From IMG/VR virus record IMGVR_UViG_3300024493_000316: a stretch of DNA of 64,000 bases; one strand, 5' to 3'. The number at the start of each line of letters is the position of its first letter. The stretch's first letter is position 1. The notes under the pieces were generated by a model, which was given only the letters and a program-made list of their open reading frames with translations, had not been told where the DNA came from and ran no database searches. Positions 55,334 to 64,000 of the stretch are shown piece after piece. This DNA is from an uncultured virus (IMG/VR IMGVR_UViG_3300024493_000316) (lineage: Duplodnaviria; Heunggongvirae; Uroviricota; Caudoviricetes). A program made the translations under genes and the position numbers.

Positions 55334-55724
55334 TCTTGCTCCCTCTGGCCGCGCGCCCCTGCCGGATCGCCTCGTTGATAGCCTTTCTCGCGGACTTATA
55401 GTCGCCGCTGACGGCGAAAATCTGCAAGGCAAGCTCATCTGGCGCTAGGATAAAATGCTCGCCGAAGAATGCGCGCTCGTCGCCCCATTGGTCGTGAAGC
55501 TCCGAATGATGATGTCCGCAGAGCGGCAGCGTGAAGCGATCGTCGGATTTCGTTCCGGTTCCCTTTGACTTGCACTTCGGGATAGAGAACCTTTCCTCGC
55601 CGGCGCGCGCCGAGAGATACTTCGGATCGACCCTCAAGAGGTGGTGGTGCGTCGATACGCCCCTGCAGATCACGCAGGGGAGCGTGTCGATGAACTTTAA
55701 GTGCTTTGGATATTGTCCGTCCAT
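55323..55724 (-). CDS. DUF968 / HNH-like protein
   Basis: LPCVIC...HH...K.DD..TLPLC..HH.ELH. Confidence 0.75.
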   Translation of the reverse strand: MDGQYPKHLKFIDTLPCVICRGVSTHHHLLRVDPKYLSARAGEERFSIPKCKSKGTGTKSDDRFTLPLCGHHHSELHDQWGDERAFFGEHFILAPDELALQIFAVSGDYKSARKAINEAIRQGRAARGSKNEK

Positions 55725-55733
55725 TTTCCCTCC

Positions 55734-57353
55734 CTATGCGACCATTCGCATTTCCTCTCTCTTGAAATAGTTTGCCTTGACAAGCACCTCGGCCATAGGC
55801 GGGCAAACCGAATTGCCGCACAATCTGACCTGCGCCGTCTTTGTGAGCGGTTTCCCGTCCGCCCCTTTGTCGAAGTGGTAGTGCGGCGGGAATCCTTGGC
55901 AGGCGAACAGCTCTGCCGGCGTAAGCATACGGAGGCCGATGTCAACGATGACATACGGCTCGCCGTCAACATGAACCGTGACGAGGCCGAAACGATCCTT
56001 GCCGGTTATCGTATGCAAAGGCTCGTCCACCTTGAGGCCGTCTTTTTCGTTTCCGAAATACTTCACGAGGAAGCTATACACCGCCGCGAAATGCGTTCCC
56101 TGCGCGCTTATGGTCTGGAGCGGATCGTCGGGCATTTGCCCCAAGTTCGTGCCGCGTAGCTTTGTTATATGCGCGGCGACGAGCGCATTATGGTCTATGG
56201 CCGTGACGGTCGGGCATGGGTTCCGCGCGTCCGCGCCTACCACCCCGCCGTAATACTTCGCCAAGAATGCCGACACGAGCGCGGCGTGCTTTCCGCCGGC
56301 CAGGATAGTCCAAAGAGGTCGGTTTGGATCGGCGGCGCGCGGCTGGGTGCTATCCCCATCGCCATAACCCATTTGCGCGATAATCGGCGAAATCAGCATG
56401 GGATAACCCTTGCTTGTTATGGTATTCAGAGGTGTTTTGAGTTCCTGCCCACGACTGTCGGTGTAGCGCCATGCCAGAAATGATGGCGATACAAGCGCGT
56501 GGCCGTGCTTTGCCGTCATTGTTGGCATAGGCTCGTCCGTGGACTGGCCTCGGAAACCCTCGCCGGAGTGGTTGACCTGCACGATGAACGGGCGCGGGTT
56601 GTCGATGACAAACTTCTTCATACCCATTGCGATCCGGCGCATGGTGTTCTCGGAAAGCGGCTTCTTGCGCCCAAATATCGACGGGCATGGGAGCGAGAAG
56701 TCTATGCACTCCGCCGCCGTGCGGTAGGGGAGCAAGTCTTTTCCGTGCGTCTTTGTCGGCCAGACTATGGCCTCGCCGTCGCACCGCGCAATGAGGAACA
56801 GGCGCTTGCGGATCGTCGGCGCCCCGTAGTCGCAGGCGCGCAGCTCGCGCCACTCCACGGCGTAGCCCATTTTTTCCAGCTCGCCCACCCATGCGCGGAA
56901 AGTTTCGCCCTTGTAGGCTGGGTGCGGCTTGTTGTCCTTGTCGAGCCTGCCCCAAGTCTGGAACTCCTCGACATTCTCAAGGAAAATCACGCGCGGGCGC
57001 ACGAGCCTCGCCCATTTGACGACAACCCACGCCAGCGACCGGATTTTCTTTTCGACCGGCTTGCCGCCCTTGGCCTTGGAAAAGTGCTTGCAATCGGGCG
57101 ACGCCCAGAGCAGGCCTACCGGCTTGCCCTCGCAGACCGCGAGCGGGTCAACCTCGAACACGTCCGAGCAGAAGTGCCGCGTCTGCGGGTGGTTGGCTTG
57201 GTGTAGGCTGATGGCCTCTGGATCGTGGTTTATGGCAATGTCAACATACCGCTTCAACGCCATCTCGATCCCTGTGGACGCCCCGCCGCCTCCGGCGAAT
57301 AAGTCAACCACAAGCTCGCGGTGTATGGGGAGGATATATTGATTGCCCAGCAT
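55734..57353 (-). CDS. C5 cytosine DNA methyltransferase
   Basis: DLFAGGGG, SPDC, LENV, R.RLF, GNSV. Confidence 0.93.
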   Translation of the reverse strand: MLGNQYILPIHRELVVDLFAGGGGASTGIEMALKRYVDIAINHDPEAISLHQANHPQTRHFCSDVFEVDPLAVCEGKPVGLLWASPDCKHFSKAKGGKPVEKKIRSLAWVVVKWARLVRPRVIFLENVEEFQTWGRLDKDNKPHPAYKGETFRAWVGELEKMGYAVEWRELRACDYGAPTIRKRLFLIARCDGEAIVWPTKTHGKDLLPYRTAAECIDFSLPCPSIFGRKKPLSENTMRRIAMGMKKFVIDNPRPFIVQVNHSGEGFRGQSTDEPMPTMTAKHGHALVSPSFLAWRYTDSRGQELKTPLNTITSKGYPMLISPIIAQMGYGDGDSTQPRAADPNRPLWTILAGGKHAALVSAFLAKYYGGVVGADARNPCPTVTAIDHNALVAAHITKLRGTNLGQMPDDPLQTISAQGTHFAAVYSFLVKYFGNEKDGLKVDEPLHTITGKDRFGLVTVHVDGEPYVIVDIGLRMLTPAELFACQGFPPHYHFDKGADGKPLTKTAQVRLCGNSVCPPMAEVLVKANYFKREEMRMVA

Positions 57354-57589
57354 TATACCCCCAAGGCCGCACGATAGGTTTCTGTAAGCTCGTCCAGCTC
57401 GTTCCGGTCGGCCTCGTCCATTTTCTTGAGGCGGATAATCACGCGCATGATTTTCGGGTCATAGCCGTAATCCTTGGCCTCCTTGAATATCTCGCGCATA
57501 TCGGCGCGGAGGGCAGACATTTCCTCCTCTTGCCTCTCTACCCTGCTAATGAAGCTTTTTAGTTGCTCCGCATTGATGTTTTCTGCCAT
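57353..57589 (-). CDS. gapR: GapR (DUF2312) nucleoid-associated protein
   Basis: QLKSFISRVER.EEE...EAK..GYDPK. Confidence 0.88.
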   Translation of the reverse strand: MAENINAEQLKSFISRVERQEEEMSALRADMREIFKEAKDYGYDPKIMRVIIRLKKMDEADRNELDELTETYRAALGV

Positions 57590-57591
57590 TT

Positions 57592-57828
57592 TCAGCCTCC
57601 GTTGTTTTCGTGGATTATTAGTTTGACGCCAAGCTGTTCCGCGCTATCTAGAATCTCATGGAACCAGCCGTTAGGAATGATGTAAGGCTTGCCGGATTCG
57701 CGCTCTTTGCGAATCCAAGTGCAGATGGTGGTCGGCGGAATGCCAAGAAGACGCCCCATCTTTCGCTGGTTGCCTGCCGCTAGGATTTCTAGGGTTTCTC
57801 CAGCATAAAGGTATTTAGAATTTCTCAT
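57592..57828 (-). CDS. Cro-like HTH regulator
   Basis: GNQRKMGRLLGIPPTTICTW; divergent from cI. Confidence 0.7.
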   Translation of the reverse strand: MRNSKYLYAGETLEILAAGNQRKMGRLLGIPPTTICTWIRKERESGKPYIIPNGWFHEILDSAEQLGVKLIIHENNGG

Positions 57829-57849
57829 TCTCCAAACTCCACGAATCGT

Positions 57850-57938
57850 ATAATACTACATTCGTGCATAATAGTCAAGCAAAAAATGCACGAATTTCGT
57901 TTATTGACTTTTGGATACAAAAAATATACGATGTTCGT
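57850..57938. promoter_or_regulatory. Divergent PR/PRM promoters with operators
   Basis: - strand TTGACT(57878)-17-TATTAT; + strand TTGACT(57904)-17-TACGAT; ACGA-N3-TCGT at 57890 and 57928. Confidence 0.75.
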
Positions 57939-57958
57939 ATATTTTAAGGGTAAACAGA

Positions 57959-58402
57959 ATGAATAGATGGGATTGGTTAGAAAAAAGGTTGGCTGAATTA
58001 GGCTATAAAAAGAACTCTTTTGCCGCCGCGATTGGCTGGGAAAGTCAGCGCGTGTATGAGCTTTTTGGTGGTTCTACAAAGGCTATCCCTATCCGATATG
58101 TTCCGGCGGTCGTCAAGGTGTTAAATCTGGAATGGGAAAGCTTCCTAAGGTTCAATACTGGCAAGACTGACGAGCCGCCTAAGTTTCGCTTTGACGGAGC
58201 CGACACGGAAAAAGACTTATACACCCACTGCTTGCTTGAGATAGATCGGGCGGCAGAAAAGCATAAAGCGGATTTTACGCTAGAGGGGAAAATCAAACTA
58301 GCGTTTCTCGTGTTTGATAAGGTGCGCGTGCTTTCAGAGGAGGAGAGGGATAGCAATATCATCAACCTCGCCGATGTCTTGGTGGAATCCAAGGCAGCGT
58401 AA
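57959..58402 (+). CDS. CI-like repressor (HTH, no recognisable S24 domain)
   Basis: N-terminal XRE HTH; divergent from cro. Confidence 0.7.
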   Translation: MNRWDWLEKRLAELGYKKNSFAAAIGWESQRVYELFGGSTKAIPIRYVPAVVKVLNLEWESFLRFNTGKTDEPPKFRFDGADTEKDLYTHCLLEIDRAAEKHKADFTLEGKIKLAFLVFDKVRVLSEEERDSNIINLADVLVESKAA

Positions 58403-58420
58403 AATCTGAAAGGAACAAAA

Positions 58421-58642
58421 ATGCAGAAAATTGATGAAGAAATCGAGCAGCTATTCGCGCGCGAATTAAAGAAGCGTCCACCCAACCACTCCAAAAAACA
58501 CCCCGCAACCATACACGCAGGAAGCAACAGCTTGAACGTAGTCATCGGCGGCGACATCAATTTTATGAGATCCCACCCGATCCTACTGATATGCTCGGTA
58601 TTGACGATTTGTGCCGTTATCGCAATTTTTTTATCTCGCTAG
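58421..58642 (+). CDS. Small membrane protein
   Basis: C-terminal TM; follows cI. Confidence 0.5.
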   Translation: MQKIDEEIEQLFARELKKRPPNHSKKHPATIHAGSNSLNVVIGGDINFMRSHPILLICSVLTICAVIAIFLSR

Positions 58643-58703
58643 AAATCAAGCATACCGTCAGAGAAGTATCGGTGTGCGAGCAAATACTGCTAGGATTAAA
58701 AGG

Positions 58704-59285
58704 CTAATTCTTTTTGGTAAAGAAACTGCCCTCAATGGCAGGATTCGTCATGCCGGCGGGGATTATGAATGTGCCGCCCGTGGCCTTTATGTCGCCGCCC
58801 TTGCTATACCAGAGGTCGAGATAGCGTTGGACGTTATTGAACTCGCCGTTCTTGGCGAGCTTCAGATCGAGCCGCATATCGTCCGGCGCCTTGACTACCA
58901 GCTTTGCCACGCCGTAGTCCGTTAGAGCCTCGCCATGCTCGCCGGCGTATCGACCGAAAGCCTCCCCGGTGAAAGTGCCGGAAAAGGTCATACTGGCCGC
59001 TTCCGCCTGGCTCTTGTATTCCAGCCCATAGGTAAGCACATCACGCATGGCTCCGAAGCGGGCTGCAGCTCTAGTCGTGTCGAAGTTCCGGTCGGTATAA
59101 TCCTCGGTTATGGGCGAGAATATTTGGCCGACCTGCCACACCGACAAGTCATTATAGTTCAAGCGGACATCTCCGCCGGTCGCGGCCAAGGTTGTCTTAT
59201 ATTCAGCAAGAGGATCTCCGGTCGGCGGGTTTTTGCCGCCGATACTGCAGGCGGTTAAAAGCAACAAAAGCAAGGTTTTCCTCAT
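58704..59285 (-). CDS. Lipoprotein (cargo)
   Basis: MRKTLLLLLLTAC lipobox; beta-rich C-terminus. Confidence 0.7.
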   Translation of the reverse strand: MRKTLLLLLLTACSIGGKNPPTGDPLAEYKTTLAATGGDVRLNYNDLSVWQVGQIFSPITEDYTDRNFDTTRAAARFGAMRDVLTYGLEYKSQAEAASMTFSGTFTGEAFGRYAGEHGEALTDYGVAKLVVKAPDDMRLDLKLAKNGEFNNVQRYLDLWYSKGGDIKATGGTFIIPAGMTNPAIEGSFFTKKN

Positions 59286-59725
59286 TGTTGCGCTCCTTTC
59301 TTATCTGTTTTCATTGAAGCCTTGTCCTGCTCTGTCAGCCAGACAGACCTTTCGTTCCATACCTGCGCCGGAGCTTGGCCGAGCTGCCGGATAGTCTTTC
59401 TTGCCCCCATGGTATTGACATACGAATAAGTGCCTTTTTGCACCCAGCAGTTACCAGAAGTGGCGGAAAACATCATACCGTCGTATAGGTTGGAGTCTTT
59501 GCCTTTAATATAAACAGGCTCGTAGTCATACACGGACGAAAAGGTATGCGCGCCTGTGGCGTAGTTCGTCTGACCGACAGTCATATTCGCAATAACGCCG
59601 TCATCGAGGACTTGCACCACCTTCAAGCCGCCGTCGTATATGCAGTCGGGATTGGCTTTGTGTGTCCTGTCGTAGTGGCTGCAAGCGCCCGCGAGCAATA
59701 ACGATAGGATAAAAAACTTTTTCAT
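59282..59725 (-). CDS. Lipoprotein (cargo)
   Basis: MKKFFILSLLLAGAC lipobox; GTYSY.N..G..KTI. Confidence 0.7.
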   Translation of the reverse strand: MKKFFILSLLLAGACSHYDRTHKANPDCIYDGGLKVVQVLDDGVIANMTVGQTNYATGAHTFSSVYDYEPVYIKGKDSNLYDGMMFSATSGNCWVQKGTYSYVNTMGARKTIRQLGQAPAQVWNERSVWLTEQDKASMKTDKKGAQQ

Positions 59726-59898
59726 ACGGATAAGATAGCATACGATATTCGTTTATGTCAATCAAAAATAAACGGCGCGCGTTGCAGATTTTGCACCACC
59801 TGTTTTCCTAATAATTTCCCCGCTTTCCTATAAAACCTGCCTCGACACGGGGAAATAAGTGCGTAAAATCAATTACATTATGCGAAAACAAAAAATAT

Positions 59899-59949
59899 AC
59901 GAAATTCGTGTATTTTCTTATTGACTTTTATGCACGAATCTAGTATTAT
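59899..59949 (+). promoter_or_regulatory. PL-like promoter with operators
   Basis: TTGACT(59921)-17-TATTAT(59944), near-identical to PR; ACGAAATTCGT at 59899. Confidence 0.75.
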
Positions 59950-59979
59950 AGAAAGCGTTGATAAACCTTGGAGGGCAAA

Positions 59980-60195
59980 ATGAAACGAATGATGTATAAC
60001 TTCGGCGGCTGTTTGGGCTGCTTTGGATTCGGAGGATTTGTTGGGCTTCTGCTCATAGGCTTCCTCACATCTAACACCACATACGAGGAAAGGGAGTTCC
60101 TGCTTGAGTGCTGGAAAGTCCTTGGGGCGTGTTTTATGGTCGGGTTCGCGGGCGCGATGATTGCCTGCTCCAGCGCGGAGGTGGATCGTGTTTAG
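59980..60195 (+). CDS. Small membrane protein
   Basis: GGAGG RBS; two hydrophobic segments. Confidence 0.5.
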   Translation: MKRMMYNFGGCLGCFGFGGFVGLLLIGFLTSNTTYEEREFLLECWKVLGACFMVGFAGAMIACSSAEVDRV

Positions 60196-60368
60196 ACTGT
60201 TCCTCTCGAAAGCCGAGAAAGAAAAAAGCCTGCTCCGCAAGCTGTCCGACAGCTTGAACGCGAAAAAGGCCTCTATGGGTGTCTGCTACAACGCGCTGGA
60301 TCGGAAACCGCTCGACGCAAGCCGTGCGACTTTCCAGCGTATCAGCTTCAAGGGCGGGAGAGGTTGAC

Positions 60369-60812
60369 ATGATACCTTTCACAGGCAAAACCCAGCCGCA
60401 GGAAATAGCCGAGATGATGTCCTGCTTCACGGCGACAATCAAAAACGCAAAGGTCTATATTGTCGCGCGCGGGAGCAGCGTGCCGGAGGCTCCTACCTAT
60501 GTTTGGAGCTTTCGGCGCAACTGGTGGACGAATGACATTAAAAGCTGGCAGTTGCCGGTCTGGACTCCCTCGGTTCGCGCCGTCCGCAAACTACTCGCCG
60601 ATCGCCGGAACGAGGAGTTGAAAGTCTATATCTGGGATTTTAGCGCTAAACGGCTTTACCGGATTCCGCGCGTTGACCTATCCCATAACACCATAGTCTA
60701 TTGGGCGAAGAATGCTGCCGACCATGAAGACTTTGAAGCTCGTTGCGAAGCCGCCGGCTGTAAGTGGGTCGATGGCTACCGAGATTTAACCCCACTTATT
60801 AAAGGAGTATAA
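60369..60812 (+). CDS. Hypothetical protein
   Basis: GAGG RBS before ATG 60369. Confidence 0.55.
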   Translation: MIPFTGKTQPQEIAEMMSCFTATIKNAKVYIVARGSSVPEAPTYVWSFRRNWWTNDIKSWQLPVWTPSVRAVRKLLADRRNEELKVYIWDFSAKRLYRIPRVDLSHNTIVYWAKNAADHEDFEARCEAAGCKWVDGYRDLTPLIKGV

Positions 60813-60813
60813 A

Positions 60814-61944
60814 ATGGCTGAACTAACCGTATTCCAAAGACTAAGCGCCTCAACCGACCAGCTTATTGCGGTCGTCAAAGACGAACTCAACCTCAAGTGC
60901 TGCCTGCCGTTCGCCGTGCGCGCGGTGGACGCGCTCAAGGTTGTTGCGGCGAAAATTAAAACCGACGCGCAGGCAAAAAAGGTAGCAAACCGCTTCCTCG
61001 ATAACCTCCAAACCTTGACCGCTGGCGGCATACTCACGGAGGACTACGACCTCATTGACTTCGTGGAACGGGGCGGAACGGTCTGCATTTCTCCTCGGAT
61101 CGAGCTTTTGTTCCGCGCGGCGGCCAGAAAAGGCTACCGAATAGCCGAAACCACCATAGGCGTTCCAGCCGATGACCTCGGAATCTACTTCGAGGAGGCT
61201 ATCCTTGACGGGCGCCGCGCCTTTATCCTCAAAGACGACCGCAAGAACCTCGATCGCAAGATAACGGTCGATAGGATACTTGACGGCTATTTCTCACATT
61301 TCATCTGCCGACTAGTCGTGAGCGAGATCCAAAGCGGACGCATTCTGGCCGAACACGTCGAGGAGGTTTCCAACGCCGACATACTCGGCATGGCCAACTC
61401 CAGCGACAACGGAATTTTCAAGACCCGCTGGGAGGGCGAGCCAGGACATAAGAGAAAAGTCGTATCGAAAGAGAGGAACGAGGGGAGCTTCTGGCATAAC
61501 TGGACGACCTCTATGGTAAAGAAGTCCGTTATCCGGCGCGCGTTCAAAATCCTCAAAGAAACCTTGCCGGAACTCGAAAAGACGATGTTTGCCTTTGACA
61601 ATGATGAGGACATCAAGACCGAGCCGCGCCACGCCGAAGCCGATGTCAAGCAGATCGAGGCGCAGGTGGTGGCCGCCGTCGATGTCAACCTCGACGCGCT
61701 CACGCCGGCGCAGGAGGCCGCCGCCACCGAGATGTTCGAAATTTACAAGCAAAACCCCAAGGCCGCGACCGAGGACGCCAAGTCCATCGCCGAGGCGCTT
61801 GCGGGCGGAGCGGCCGCGCAACGCCTTATCAATGAGCGGTTCGCGGAAATCGTCAATATCCGCAAGAGTAGCAAGCTCAAGCAGAACGCCGAATTGTGGG
61901 CGAAACTCGCCCCCGTGTTCGGAAAGGTAGGCACGAATGCGTAA
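60814..61944 (+). CDS. RecT-like single-strand annealing protein
   Basis: W..W..SMVKKSVIRRAFK motif; next to YqaJ-like nuclease. Confidence 0.65.
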   Translation: MAELTVFQRLSASTDQLIAVVKDELNLKCCLPFAVRAVDALKVVAAKIKTDAQAKKVANRFLDNLQTLTAGGILTEDYDLIDFVERGGTVCISPRIELLFRAAARKGYRIAETTIGVPADDLGIYFEEAILDGRRAFILKDDRKNLDRKITVDRILDGYFSHFICRLVVSEIQSGRILAEHVEEVSNADILGMANSSDNGIFKTRWEGEPGHKRKVVSKERNEGSFWHNWTTSMVKKSVIRRAFKILKETLPELEKTMFAFDNDEDIKTEPRHAEADVKQIEAQVVAAVDVNLDALTPAQEAAATEMFEIYKQNPKAATEDAKSIAEALAGGAAAQRLINERFAEIVNIRKSSKLKQNAELWAKLAPVFGKVGTNA

Positions 61945-62968
61945 GATCAAGGTCAAGCAGGGTTCGTCCGCGTGGGAGCGGCTCCGCGAGCGGCGCATAG
62001 GTTCGAGCGAGGTTTTCGACATCGTGCGCTACTATGCGACCGACGAGGAGCTTCAGAACTGCGGCCTAAACGCCGAGGCTATCCATGAGGAAAAGCCGTT
62101 TGTGACGGTCTGGGCGCTTTATCATAAAATCATCGGCGACGAGGTGTGGTCGCCGGCAAGCCTTGACCCCGCGCTCGCAGAATACGGCCACGCTATGGAG
62201 CCTTATGGCCTTGATATTCTCAACGAGGGGCGCGAGAACAAGATCGAGGCGGGCGAGGTCTGGGTGGATACCCGTCTGATAGCCTCCCTCGACCTCACGG
62301 GGGTGGCGGAGGCCATAGATGAGCGCCCGTTCGACATCGGCGAGGGTTCAATAAAGGCCGGAATGTCCTTTATATGCGAGCAAAAGACCCGCTTGGCGAG
62401 CGAGGCAAAAAAGCCTTTCCCACTCAAATACCTCATACAGGCGCAGTTCCAAACCGCGTCAAAAAGCGCAGATTACTTCATTCTGCAGACTATGGTGCTT
62501 GAAAACGACACGCCTTTCGAGCGGGGCAAGATCGTGGCTATCGCCCACAGCCTTGCGAAGCTGAAAGAGTATCTTGGAAGTCGCGTGGCGATAAAGCACA
62601 CGACGATCGCCAACAATCCGGCGCTGGCGGCGCTGATAAAGCTATGCCTAAGCCGGTTCTTTGCCGATGTGGAAGCGCGCCACGAACCGAGGGCGTTCCT
62701 AGAAGCGGACGGCGCGAAAAACATCATACAGAGCATTCGTATCAATTCGTTCTATAACCCGAAAATGGAGCTTGACCTTGACCTCACGGCGTATCGCGCG
62801 GCGAAACAGGCCGCCGAGGACGCGGAGGCGGCGCGGATCACGGAGCTTCAAAAGATAATTGATGTGGCGCGCGCGAAAAACGCCTCAAAGTTCCGCTCCC
62901 CCGATGGCTGGACGGCCTCGTTCTCCGCCGCCGGAGCATTTCTAACAAAAGAGCCAAAGGAGGCCTAA
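61937..62968 (+). CDS. YqaJ-like recombination exonuclease
   Basis: QGS.AW...R...IGSSE, G..MEP, ASLD, EQK, Y..Q.Q.Q. Confidence 0.8.
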   Translation: MRKIKVKQGSSAWERLRERRIGSSEVFDIVRYYATDEELQNCGLNAEAIHEEKPFVTVWALYHKIIGDEVWSPASLDPALAEYGHAMEPYGLDILNEGRENKIEAGEVWVDTRLIASLDLTGVAEAIDERPFDIGEGSIKAGMSFICEQKTRLASEAKKPFPLKYLIQAQFQTASKSADYFILQTMVLENDTPFERGKIVAIAHSLAKLKEYLGSRVAIKHTTIANNPALAALIKLCLSRFFADVEARHEPRAFLEADGAKNIIQSIRINSFYNPKMELDLDLTAYRAAKQAAEDAEAARITELQKIIDVARAKNASKFRSPDGWTASFSAAGAFLTKEPKEA

Positions 62969-63346
62969 ATGTCAACACGAACAAACATTCAAATAAAGAG
63001 TAAAGAGGACGCGAAAATCTATGGCAAAGAGGAAGCCATAGTCATACATATCTATCATCATTGCGACGGGTATTTATCTGGAGTTGGCATTCAATTACTC
63101 AATATGCTTTCTAAAACCCAGAAATTCGATGATAGCAGTGATATTGCCAACAAATTGATAAAGGACAAAGAAGACGATAGTTTTGAGCTAACCTTGGGTT
63201 TGCATGGCGACGAGGAGTATTTTTACGAAATCGATGTAGATAACAAGACTTTTTCGGCCAGTCGCGACCACGGAGATCCCCTTTTTATATGCAAATACGA
63301 TGATCCGGAAGACATCAACCGCTGCCTAAAGATATGTGAGGATTAA
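62969..63346 (+). CDS. Conserved phage hypothetical protein
   Basis: MSTR..I...IY.H.DGY..GVG..L...D.EY.Y.ID. Confidence 0.65.
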   Translation: MSTRTNIQIKSKEDAKIYGKEEAIVIHIYHHCDGYLSGVGIQLLNMLSKTQKFDDSSDIANKLIKDKEDDSFELTLGLHGDEEYFYEIDVDNKTFSASRDHGDPLFICKYDDPEDINRCLKICED

Positions 63347-63841
63347 ATGCAAAAACAACAAAATACAACATTGCCCTATGAGCGGCTTATAGCGGAAGTA
63401 GATGAGTCAACGAAAAAAGCCTATCGGAATATGCGCTCTAAAATATGCAAAATAGCATGGGTATATAGAAAAGCGGCAAAAAATAATCCGCTTGGCAAAA
63501 CTTTTTTGATTGACGGCAAGTGCCTAACGGTCGTCAAGGCTACGCCATGCGAGCCTATCCCCGCTGACGGATTCCCGCTTTGGAATGTCGAAACCGATGA
63601 CGGAATGACGCTCGACGAATGGTATCCCGGCGAGGCTGAAATGAAAACGCGGGAAATAGCCATGCGCGCGGCGGCGGCCAGTATAAACGGACAAGCAGAG
63701 CCGTGTTTGGGCGAGGCTATACGAGAGGCAGAGGCTATGCTTCAACGCGACCTCAAAAAAGAGGAGCGCGCCACCATAGACAAGGCGGTCAAAGCTCTAG
63801 GCGTATTTTTCAAGGACTGGATAGAGGCGGAAAGTGATTAG
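63347..63841 (+). CDS. Hypothetical protein
   Basis: 164-aa coupled ORF. Confidence 0.5.
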   Translation: MQKQQNTTLPYERLIAEVDESTKKAYRNMRSKICKIAWVYRKAAKNNPLGKTFLIDGKCLTVVKATPCEPIPADGFPLWNVETDDGMTLDEWYPGEAEMKTREIAMRAAAASINGQAEPCLGEAIREAEAMLQRDLKKEERATIDKAVKALGVFFKDWIEAESD

Positions 63842-64000
63842 GCTCTACCCACATCAAGACCTCGCCGTTTCCCACGCGGTTCAAATGCTCGCCGAGCGGC
63901 ACAACTCTATGATTGTCGCCGGCACGGGCGCGGGCAAGACCATAATGCTCTCGGACACTATCCGGCGGTTCATCAACGGGTTCAAGACCGAGAACAACCG
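63834..64000 (+). CDS. SF2 (DEAD/DEAH-like) helicase, 5' partial
   Basis: GTG start; LYPHQ Q-motif and GTGAGKT Walker A. Confidence 0.75.
   Translation, partial: MIRLYPHQDLAVSHAVQMLAERHNSMIVAGTGAGKTIMLSDTIRRFINGFKTENN

Larger units (their letters stand above)
10620..64000. mobile_element. Temperate myovirus-type prophage (left boundary approximate, right end beyond window)
   Basis: Contiguous immunity, recombination, replication, terminase, portal, capsid, sheath, baseplate, fibre and lysis modules; lower GC than host genes. Confidence 0.9.

Noticed and set aside
57850..59949. 29-bp inverted repeat as ends of an invertible or transposable segment
   Set aside because: Both copies are complete -35/-10 promoters with an operator, which explains the similarity.

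Overview
Bases 1 to about 10.6 kb are high-GC host chromosome, probably alphaproteobacterial: xerD, thrS, a GIY-YIG gene, a 1.9-kaa Pmp-like autotransporter with an OmpA-family lipoprotein, and an XRE regulator. From about 10.6 kb to the window end is a large temperate myovirus-type prophage whose right end lies outside the window; no integrase is seen. Its modules are: immunity (cI/cro with ACGA-N3-TCGT operators), RecT/YqaJ recombination, replication, three DNA methyltransferases, two tRNAs, terminase, head, contractile tail, duplicated baseplate/fibre modules, lysis, and a BrnT/BrnA pair. The strongest signal is a complete diversity-generating retroelement (DGR). TR 13843-13955 and VR 14168-14307 differ only at TR adenines, and two VR alleles are captured on either side of an NN gap. 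The DGR has no recognisable avd gene, has a small gene overlapping the RT 3' end, and its TR spacer holds an exact 11-nt antisense copy of the target IMH. A second signal is a 266-bp segment inside the gene just downstream of a serine invertase. It appears to be inverted, and flipping it restores an in-frame AT-hook protein. Product calls come from motif recognition by eye, with no database searches.
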